Shown piece after piece: positions 9,032 through 19,000 of a stretch of 64,000 nucleotides of DNA; the stretch's first letter is position 1; every line of letters starts with the position of its first letter. The stretch lies in IMG/VR virus record IMGVR_UViG_3300031555_010858, positions 64,001 to 128,000 of that record; one strand, 5' to 3'. The translations under genes and the position numbers were made by a program. Under the pieces are notes generated by a model that was given only the letters and a program-made list of their open reading frames with translations, made no database searches and was not told the DNA's origin. Origin of the DNA: a virus. Lineage: Duplodnaviria > Caudoviricetes.

Positions 9032-11155
9032 ATGGAAGAAGCTAAGAAATCATTTATTAGCATAATTAATAGTTTTTTATATAAACCTTTAACACGAAAA
9101 GAATTTGTAGCTCAATTAAAGATTGAAAATGTTGAAGAGTTTTATAAAATGTTAGATGAACTTGAAAAAGACATGTATTTTATAGAAACTAAAAAAGGGA
9201 GAATAATCCCTCCATCTCAAGTTGGTCTTTTTGTAGGTAAGTTTATATCTCATAGAAAGGGATTTGGTTTTATAGAATCTGATAATGAAAATGAGCGTGA
9301 TTTATATATACAATCTAAAGATGTTAATGGAGCAGTTCATGGCGATAGAGTAGTTGCAGAAATAACTAAAGAAGCTTCAGGGTATAAAAGAGCAGAAGGT
9401 AAAGTTGTTCAGATAATAAAAAGAAATGTTACACAAATAGTTGGGGTATTTAAACCTCATGAACATTTCGCTTTCGTAGTTCCTAAAAGAACTGAATTTA
9501 AATCAGATATTTATATACAAGAGAAATATTTTAATGGTGCCGAAGAAGACGATATGGTATTAGTAGAAATAACTAAATGGGAAGTTGATAACAAAAAACC
9601 TGAAGGTAAAATAATAGAAGTATTAGGAAATAAAAACAATAGAGGAATTGAAATAGAATCTATTATAAGAGAACATGGATTACCTTTAGAGTTTGAACAA
9701 AAAGTATTAGATAATGCAAATCATGTAGCAGTTCCTATACCTGAAGAAGAATATGAAAGAAGAAGAGATTTAAGAGATAAACATATATTTACAATGGATG
9801 GAGCTGACGCAAAAGATTTAGACGATGCTATACAAGTAGAAATGTTAGATAACGGTAACTATTTATTAGGAGTTCATATAGCAGATGTTACACATTATGT
9901 TAAAGAAAAGTCTAACTTAGATAAAGAGGCTTTAAAAAGAGCAACATCTGTTTATCTTGTAGATAAAGTAATCCCTATGTTACCTAAACAATTATCAAAT
10001 GGTGTTTGTAGTTTAAATCCTGATGAGGATAAATTAACTTTATCTGTATTTATGGAAATAACTGGGAAAGGAGAAGTTGTTAATTCTAGTATAGAAGAAA
10101 CTGTAATCAAATCTAAAGCTAGAATGGTTTATACAGACGTTTCAGATATATTAGAAAATAACGATAGAGAATTAAAGATTAAATATGCTGATTTAGTAGA
10201 TGATTTTAGATTAGCAGAAAAACTTGCTAGAATTCTTATGAAGAAAAGAGAGAAGAGAGGTGCTCTGGATTTTAACTTCCCAGAACCTTATATACATTTA
10301 GATGAAAATGGGATACCTTATGATATAGAACCTTATGAAAGAAGAATTGCTAATAAAATAATAGAAGAGTTCATGCTTGTAACTAACGAAACAGTTGCTG
10401 AATATTTTTATTGGTTAGGCATGCCTTTTGTTTATAGAATACATGAAACACCTAGTTCAAGTAAAGTTGAAGCTTTAAATAAATTTATACACAACTATAA
10501 TTTATTGATAAAAGGTGATACGGAAGAAGTTCATCCAAAAGCAATCCAAAAAATATTAAAATCTATAGAAGGGAAGAAAGAAGAAAGGGCTATAAGTTCT
10601 TTAGTATTAAGATCTTTAAAACAAGCTAAATATTCTCCTGATTGTAGTGGTCATTTTGGATTAGCTGCTAAGTTTTATTGTCATTTTACATCACCTATAA
10701 GAAGATATCCAGATTTACAAATCCATAGAATAATAAAAGAATTTATTAATGGTGGTATAAGTAAAGGAAGACAAAATAAATTAGATGCTATAGTTTTAAA
10801 AGCTTCAGAACAATCTTCTGAGATGGAAAGAAAAGCAGAAGTCGCTGAAAGAGATATTGATAAATATTACAAATGTTTATATATGGAAAATAAAATTGGT
10901 CAAGAATTTAAAGGATTTATCTCAAGTGTAACACATTACGGATTTTATGTAGAACTTCCAGATACAGTAGAAGGATTAGTTCCTATAGAAACATTAAAAG
11001 ATGACTATTATGAATATAATGAAAATACACATGAATTAATAGGTCAAGGACATAGTGATGAAATGCACATAATAGCGTTCAGAGTTGGGGATGAGGTAAC
11101 AGTTAAACTAACAAATGTTAATGTTGAAGCAAGAGAAATTACATTCGAATTATAA
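9032..11155 (+). CDS. rnr: Ribonuclease R (RNB family 3'-5' exoribonuclease)
   Basis: N-terminal HTH, cold-shock domains (KGFGFI, AVHGDRV), catalytic DGADAKDLDDAI, HFTSPIRRYPDL, C-terminal S1 domain. Confidence 0.95.
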   Translation: MEEAKKSFISIINSFLYKPLTRKEFVAQLKIENVEEFYKMLDELEKDMYFIETKKGRIIPPSQVGLFVGKFISHRKGFGFIESDNENERDLYIQSKDVNGAVHGDRVVAEITKEASGYKRAEGKVVQIIKRNVTQIVGVFKPHEHFAFVVPKRTEFKSDIYIQEKYFNGAEEDDMVLVEITKWEVDNKKPEGKIIEVLGNKNNRGIEIESIIREHGLPLEFEQKVLDNANHVAVPIPEEEYERRRDLRDKHIFTMDGADAKDLDDAIQVEMLDNGNYLLGVHIADVTHYVKEKSNLDKEALKRATSVYLVDKVIPMLPKQLSNGVCSLNPDEDKLTLSVFMEITGKGEVVNSSIEETVIKSKARMVYTDVSDILENNDRELKIKYADLVDDFRLAEKLARILMKKREKRGALDFNFPEPYIHLDENGIPYDIEPYERRIANKIIEEFMLVTNETVAEYFYWLGMPFVYRIHETPSSSKVEALNKFIHNYNLLIKGDTEEVHPKAIQKILKSIEGKKEERAISSLVLRSLKQAKYSPDCSGHFGLAAKFYCHFTSPIRRYPDLQIHRIIKEFINGGISKGRQNKLDAIVLKASEQSSEMERKAEVAERDIDKYYKCLYMENKIGQEFKGFISSVTHYGFYVELPDTVEGLVPIETLKDDYYEYNENTHELIGQGHSDEMHIIAFRVGDEVTVKLTNVNVEAREITFEL

Positions 11156-11171
11156 AAAGGAGTTGGTAATA

Positions 11172-11645
11172 ATGGGTTATAGATTGGAAATAACAAACAC
11201 AAAAAGTAAAAAAGATGATGACAAAATTAATAACTTAACAGTAAAAGAACTAATAGCTGGTGTAGATGTTATGTCTGAACAGTTAAACTTAATATTAGAA
11301 GAAGTTAAAAAAAGAGACAACTTAGTTATAGAACTTGAGAATGATAAACTAGCTTTAAATGATATAATAGCAAAACTTACAGAAGATATGCAAGGTTATA
11401 TTAATGAGCTTGCTGTGAAAGAAGAAAATATAAATGAGTTGAATAATGTTATAAAAGAACAACAAAATAGAATAGAAGAAAGAGATAATAAAATAAAAAG
11501 ATTGGAATCTGAAGCACAAGAAAGATATGAAGATAATTGTAAATTGAAAGATAAACTTATTGATGTAGTAAATGAGAAGAATGATTTATTAAGAAAAATA
11601 AATAGTATATGTGGTATAATAAGAGAAGATGGAGATGATGAATAA
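11172..11645 (+). CDS. Coiled-coil protein
   Basis: Start moved to ATG 11172 (RBS AAGGAG); long heptad-rich sequence. Confidence 0.7.
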   Translation: MGYRLEITNTKSKKDDDKINNLTVKELIAGVDVMSEQLNLILEEVKKRDNLVIELENDKLALNDIIAKLTEDMQGYINELAVKEENINELNNVIKEQQNRIEERDNKIKRLESEAQERYEDNCKLKDKLIDVVNEKNDLLRKINSICGIIREDGDDE

Positions 11646-12469
11646 TGAATATATTAGGAAAAGCAACAGCAACATATGCACAAGCAGAAGCATGGGTTAA
11701 ATCAATAAAAACAGCAAATAAATTATTATTACAAAACTTACCAATAATATGGAAAGCTGCAGAAGGTAATGGAATAAATCCTGTTGTTATGTTAGCACAA
11801 GTTTGTTGTGAGACAGGATATTTTAATTTTGGTGGAGTATTAAATGCTTCATTCCATAACACGTGTGGATTAAAAACTACAAAAGGTGGAGGAGATTATG
11901 AAGCTAACGCACATATGAGATTTAAATCATGGGCTGATGGAATTCAAGCCCATGCTGATCATCTTGGATTATATGCAGGAGCTAAGAATTGTCCTAAGTA
12001 TTCACCTGAAACTAAAAATTATCCAAATGATAAATACAAAGCCAATGGTACAACATTAGATCCAAGACATTTTACCTATTTATATGGTAAGTGTCCTACA
12101 GTAGAAGGCTTATCTGGAACATGGGCTACGGATAAAAAATATGCAGTAACTTTAAAATCTATAATTGCTAAAATAGAAGCAACTCCAGCACCAGTTGTTG
12201 AAGTAACTAAACCGAAAGAACCTGTAGATCCACATAAAAATGCCGATGGTAAGTTTAAAAATGGAACTTATAATAAAAAAGCAGTTATAACTGCATCAGC
12301 ATTAAATGTTAGAGCAGGAAGACCTGGAACTGCAGAATATAAAAAAATCCTTGGTCAATATAAAAAAGGAGAAGTTGTTACAGTTAAATATTGTCTTAAC
12401 AATTGGTTTGGTGTTATATATAAAGGAAAACAAGCATTTATTTGTGGTGATTATATAAAATTATATTAA
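11645..12469 (+). CDS. Peptidoglycan hydrolase: glucosaminidase (GH73-like) plus SH3b domain
   Basis: AQVCCETGY, NTCGLK, WATDKKYA; C-terminal ALNVRAG...GEVVTV...W...FICGDY SH3b. Confidence 0.85.
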   Translation: MNILGKATATYAQAEAWVKSIKTANKLLLQNLPIIWKAAEGNGINPVVMLAQVCCETGYFNFGGVLNASFHNTCGLKTTKGGGDYEANAHMRFKSWADGIQAHADHLGLYAGAKNCPKYSPETKNYPNDKYKANGTTLDPRHFTYLYGKCPTVEGLSGTWATDKKYAVTLKSIIAKIEATPAPVVEVTKPKEPVDPHKNADGKFKNGTYNKKAVITASALNVRAGRPGTAEYKKILGQYKKGEVVTVKYCLNNWFGVIYKGKQAFICGDYIKLY

Positions 12470-12484
12470 TACTAACAATATAGT

Positions 12485-12612
12485 AAGTTAGGCATACAAG
12501 TCTATGCCACAGAGATCTGTCCTCGAGTTGACGAAGATAGAAATTTATAACCATGGTTGATGATTGTAGTATACTTCGTTTAAGTACGGGGTATACTCCA
12601 ATCTTTATATTT
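12485..12612 (+). ncRNA. Candidate ~125-nt structured RNA
   Basis: Late-type promoter at 12474-12485; GC-richer than flanks. Hairpins GGCATA/TATGCC and GATTG-AGTATAC.../...GTATACT-CAATC followed by a T-rich run. The next gene has its own promoter. Confidence 0.5.
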
Positions 12613-12669
12613 ATCATTAGAAACAATCTTATAATGAATATCAATAATAAAAAATTGGAGGTTTTATAT

Positions 12670-12960
12670 ATGGGATTATTTTTTAAAAAGAAAAAAGAAG
12701 TAGAACCTGAATTAGAACCAATGAAAATTTTATCGGTGGAAGAATTATTTGCTAATATTGATATGCTTAAAGAACAATTTTTAGCAGTTAAAGATGATGT
12801 AGAAGCAAGAGATGAAAAAATAGCAGAATTAGAAAAAGCTTTAGAACAAGAAAGAGTAGCTAAAGATAATAAAGACAAAGAGATTGTGCAATTACAAAAC
12901 AGAGTTGCACAATTAGAAGAATTATTAGGAGAAATAGATAAATTAATAGATAAAAAATAA
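12670..12960 (+). CDS. Small coiled-coil protein (MGLFFKKKK N-terminus)
   Basis: Start moved to ATG 12670 (RBS GGAGG); promoter at 12622-12633; terminator at 12963-13000. Confidence 0.75.
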   Translation: MGLFFKKKKEVEPELEPMKILSVEELFANIDMLKEQFLAVKDDVEARDEKIAELEKALEQERVAKDNKDKEIVQLQNRVAQLEELLGEIDKLIDKK

Positions 12961-13063
12961 TTGTATTAGATAAGCCATTGGCTTATCTAATACTTGTTTT
13001 CATCACAGAAACAATTTTGTAATGAATAAATATAATTTATTTTTAAAAGGAGTTGAAAAATAA

Positions 13064-16000
13064 ATGTCTGAGAATAATAAAAAGAATAAATTAATCTCTG
13101 ATAAAAATAATACCTATTTTACAGAGAATAGAATAATGAGAGGTAGTTCTATTCCAACTGAAGGTACTTATTTAACTGGGGATATGATTATTAATGACAG
13201 TGCTACTTCTGTAGATGAACCTATATGGATTTGTAATGAAGGTGGTACACCAGGTGTATGGAGTTCAGTAAGTAGTACAAGTACAACTATAGTTCCAAAT
13301 TATAGAGATATGCTTAAAAGTAAAGCTAATGTTGGATCTATATTTTATATAATTTCAGATGAGTCTGATGACGACAATCCAGGATTTTATATAGTAACTT
13401 CTGTTAAAGAAGATGAAAATGGTAAAAAAGTACCAGCAACTTGGGATAAAATAAATAAAAAAGAATCATCAATACCAACTTTATCATATGATGCTAGTAT
13501 GCCAGAGGGTACTAAAATATATTTAAAAGACGATGAAGAATTAATTATAAAATTTAACTTTATGAGTAATACATATGGTGATGGTAAGTATCGTGTGTAT
13601 AGAGATGGTTCTTTAGTAAAAGCATGGAATGGAGCTAAAGGTTCTGTTATAGCTAACTTAGGTAGAATAACTACTGATGGTTCATATACTATAACAGTAA
13701 CTGCTACTGATTATTTAACTATACCTGCTCCAGAAACATTAACATTTAAAGTTATAGTCGGAGGATTAAAATTAACAAGTACATTTGAAGAAACCTTATT
13801 AACTGCTATTTATGAAGAAGGTGATTCTGTAGAATTCCCATATATAGCTTCATTAGCAGATGCTAGTGCTAATATGAAATTAAACATAGGAATCGTAAAT
13901 GTTGAAACTGGTGAAACTGTAGCAGAAACTACAGAAGTGTTAGAAGGAACATATATGGAATCTGTATGGACTTCAACTGGAATACCTAAACGTGGATTAT
14001 ATAGATTACATGCTCAAGCATATACAGGTGAAAGTGTAAATGATACTACTGAAGGTGTGTTTACATCTAATAAACTAGAATATGTATTTAGAGTTCTTGA
14101 AGAAAATGAAATAGCTATCATAGATGAAGCTAAAGACCAACAAGTTGATACTAATATGTATTTCTCTATTCCTTTTAGGGTTATATCTAAAATAGCAGAT
14201 TACTTTGTAATGACAGGTGAACTTTATAAAGATAACTTAGGATCATGGGAATTAGTTGCTAAAACTGCCGATGCAGGAATTTCTTCTAGGGTTAATATAA
14301 CTAACTATTGGTCAGTAGGTAAATTAGAAGAAGGTACTTATAGATATATTTTAAAAGCATATACTGTCGATAGACTTGTTGAAACAAAAGAACCAGCTAT
14401 AAAAGTTATGACAGTAGTTACATCAACATATCAAAAAGTTCCTTATATAGATAACCCTAACTTAATCGCATATTTCGATGCTAATGCAAAAAGAAATAAT
14501 GACGGTTCTCCAGATGTATGGCAAAACTCTTCTAGACATACAGGGGATAAATATAGAATATTACTTCATGGATTAAACTATTCATCTAATGGATGGAAAC
14601 ATATTGATGAAACATTAACTGATGAAGATGACGGAGAAATGATGCTTAAATTTACAGGTGAGTCATATGGGGAACTGGTTCAAATGGTAAATGGGGAACC
14701 ACGTCCTTATAGTCCATTCTCAATATTTAGTATGGGTGGTCAACAAGGATTTACACTTGAAACAGCTATACGTACTAGAAATATAGGGGAATTAAATGCT
14801 AGAGTCATGACATGTATGAAAGCAGACTCTATAGGCGACCCAGGTGTTGCTATATCATATGATACTATGGCTATAGGATCTAACTTACAAGTAAACAAAT
14901 TACAATTCGTGGAAGATGAATGGGTTCATATAACATTAGTAGTAGATAATAATGTCAGAACATTCGATCATGTCGGGCAAGCCATGATAGAAGATGCTAA
15001 CCCTACAAAAACACTTCGTGTATATATAAACGGTGTTCTTTGTTCTTGTACTACATTATCGGAAAAAGATGAATTCTTAGATGGTTCAAAACAAGCTTAT
15101 CCATTGATTCTTAATGCTTGTAGAATGATTAATGCTGCTGGCGAAATATCATTTGAGAACTTTGGGGAATGTGAAATAAAATTCATACGTATTTATAATA
15201 GTTTCTTAAAATCTTCTGAAGTATTACAAAACTACATATCTCATATATATGATAGTGAAGAACAACAGAAAAAAAATGATAAAAATAACTTAGAAATTGC
15301 ATCTTTACCTACAATAGTATTTAAAAGAAAAGGTGGAGAAGAATTTAAAGGAAACGCTAAATTTGCTACATTACACTCAATTAAAGATAAAAAAGAATCT
15401 AAAAAGACATTTGTTGACTGTGTAATGGAATATGATGATGGTGAAGGTAATATTATAGTTTTTGATAATGTTGACGTATATTTACAAGGTACATCTTCAC
15501 TACAATATCCTGTTAAAAACTATAAAATAAAAACATGGGTAGATCAAGAAAAAACATCTAAATTTAAATTTGCTCCTCCTAACGCACCTGATTGGGTAGA
15601 AGATAGCTGCTATACATTGAAATGTGACTATATGGAGCAATCACATAAAAATAATACACCTACTGCAAGATTCTATAATCAAGTTATAGACGAATTAGGT
15701 GGTATGTCTCCAGCTAAAAAAGACGGGTATCATGATGCTATAGATGGTTTCCCTTGTATAGTTTATTATAATGAAGGTGAAGCTAGTAGTGAAAACGTTT
15801 TAGTTGGATCATTTATGTTTAATATAGATAAAGAGGGTAAAGAATTAGGATTTGAATGTGATTTATATGATGACCACGGTGATGTTATAGGTTCTGGTAA
15901 AGATAGTTGTATTTCTTACGAAGCAACTGCCAATGCAAATGATACAGCAGGATGTTTCTATAAACTAGAAGATTCTATAAAAAACGTTTATAAATATTAT

Positions 16001-19000
16001 TTAGATGACTCTTATGAAGAATATCTTAAAGAATACGGTCTTACTCCAGAAAAATGTACAATGGATCAATTTAAAGCAGGTATAGCTGATGGAACTATAA
16101 GTTATTTGACATTCGAAGAATTCGTTGCAGATTATGATGAGATAGATTATATAATGGATGACTTTGAAGCTAGATATACATTTAACGAAGACGATGAAAA
16201 AGCTACTTATAGACCAATGGTTGACTTGGTTAATTGGGTAAGTGATTCTATAAAAGCTGGAACATTCAAAAAAGATTTTGAAGCTCATTTAGATTTAACT
16301 TACACATTAGCATATTATTTACAAATGCAAATGTTCACACAAGTCGACAACTGTGGTAAAAACTCAATGTGGGATACATGGGATGGAGTTAAATTCTATC
16401 CAAGACCATATGACATGGATACACAGATGGGACTTTCAAATACAGGTACAGAAATAATACGTGTTGACGCAGAAATATTAGACGATATGTCACCTACCAA
16501 CGCAGAAGGTACGTTTGCAGGTTCTAGTCATATTGATGAAACAACAGATTTACGTTACATGAACTATAATACTACATCAAGTAAACTTTGGAATGCTTTC
16601 GCTGAAGAGTTTAAAGATGAAATTAAAAAAGCATATAATCAATTAAGAAGTAGTGGAGTGTATTCTTATGAGAATATAACTAGATCTATATGGGCGGATA
16701 CAGATGATGTAATAGGAGAAATTTATTTTAATAAAGATGCCGCTTCTAAATATTTATCTCAAGTTACAGAAAAAGACTCTACTTATTTACAAATGCTTCA
16801 TGGTAACAGAGCACAAAAATATAAAAAATTCTTAAAAGAAAGATTGATATTCTTAGATACTATATTTGATTATAAAGAATCAGGTTCGTTAAATACTGAA
16901 ATAGGATTACGTTCAGATGCTGCATATGGTCAAGGTGAAGGTACTACAGTACGTTGTTATTTAGGTATAAGTACATATTCACCACAATATGTAACAGTAA
17001 GTATCGGTTCTGGTGCCGATGGTAAAGTTACTGCTTATGTTGGTCCTGAATCTAGATATAAAGACCCTGATACAGGAATAGAACATGAAGGAACACTATT
17101 CTCATTCCCAATAAGAGGTGTAAATAAAGAGATGGCTATAACTGGAGCAGGTAATATTAAGCGTATAAACAGATTACAATCATTGAACTTAACTGAAGCC
17201 AGAATAGAACATGCAACTAAAATACTTGAATTAGACTTCTCATATTCTAACCGTATGAATGGTCTTAAAGTAGGTAATAATATATACTTAAGAAATCTTA
17301 ACTGTACTAACTCTTATTTATTAGGTACAGCTACTGAATCTCAATCATTAGACCTAAGTAACTGTAAAAACTTAAAAACTGTTGATATAGCTTATACTGC
17401 ATTTACAGGTATAGTATTCCCTAGAGATACAGTGCTTAATAGTATAAACTTAACAGGAAGCAGTATTAAAAATATTTCAATAGATGGGGCAGAGTTCTTA
17501 GACGATATAAGAATTACTGGTTGTGATAATATAAATAAATTCGAATTAAACAGATGTAATAGAATTGAAACTGTTGATGTTGCTGGTTCAACAATACAAA
17601 ATTTCACAGTAACTAACTGTACAAAAGTTAAAGATGTTAATTTATCAGAATGTAAGTCTATAGCAGGTTTTGATGTTACTAATAGTTATAATATAGAGAC
17701 TTTAAATATGAAAGGTAATACTAGTCCAGTTATGAGGGACTTAAAACTGTATTCAATGTACAACTTGAAGAAACTTATAGTTTCACAAACAACATCAGCA
17801 CATACTATAAGATTACCTAAATATTTAAATGAAATAGAAGCAATTAAAGCAGCTAATGGTGAGTCTGCTTTACCATGGGATACGTTAGAACATCTAGACT
17901 TATCAAACTCAAGTGTAACAAAGATACAATACGGTTCTGAAGATGTTAAAGATGAAGTTATTGATATGATTCAATTAACTAATCTATCATTCTTATCATT
18001 TGATAGTGCAACATCATTAACAGAAATAAGAGATATACAATTTACAGGAAACTTACAAAGATTATTCTATGCATGTAAGAATTTAACTAAAATATCAGGA
18101 GAATTAACAAACGCAAATAATTCAATTTCAAATTTATTTGCAAGTTGTTATTTATTATCAGATATAGATGGACTTGATTTTAACTTTGTAGGAGTTACTA
18201 ATGCGTCTTATATGTTCGATAGATGTTTTAGAGCAAAAACACCTATGATTAAAAAATTATTAGATGCTTGTGGTGGAACGTTAACAGACATTACAGGAAT
18301 GTGTCATATGTATAGTGAAGACCAACTAGTTGGTATACTAGGTACTTCCGAAGATACTACAACTGAAATACCTGCTGATTTATTTAGTGAAAACCGTAAT
18401 TTACAAAATGCTTATCATGCATTTGATATTACAGGATATACTTCTGTACATGGAGATTTATTCAATCCTTGTGCAGACACAATAAATAATTTATCTTATA
18501 CATTTAGTAGAATGCCTAACTTAACTACAGTAGGACCAAATTTACTACATAATAAACCTAAATTAAACACAGTTTCATCTATATTTGCAAGTTCACATAA
18601 ATTAACACATTATATAGATGAATATCCTAATATATTTATAGGAAGTCCAAATATAACTTCTACATTTGCAATGTTTAGTGGTTGTTATACATTAGCATCT
18701 GGAGAAGAAGGACTAGGAGAAATGATGTATCCATTGGTTAATTTAACTAACTGTGCTTACATGTTCTTCGATTGTTATCAAAACTTAACATGTGAAATAC
18801 CTAATGGATTCTTATCTAAAAATACTAAATTGACTAAGATGAATGGTATGTTCCAAAGATGTAGAAAAATACCAACAGTACCAGAAAGTTTATTTAGAGT
18901 TAATATAGGGGATACTAATAAATTACCTAACTTAACTAAAGCTGTTGGTGTATTTGCTGAATGTAACGCTATGGAAGGTATAGTAAGTTCTAGATTCTTC

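Noticed and set aside
12500-12545. TCCTCG resembling the HDV/theta ribozyme L3 loop
   Set aside because: Could not build the P3, P1 and P1.1 pairings around it.
12438-12878. Minus-strand 146-aa ORF and the 12553 upstream start
   Set aside because: Overlaps the real coiled-coil gene in antisense; RBS and promoter support a start at 12670.
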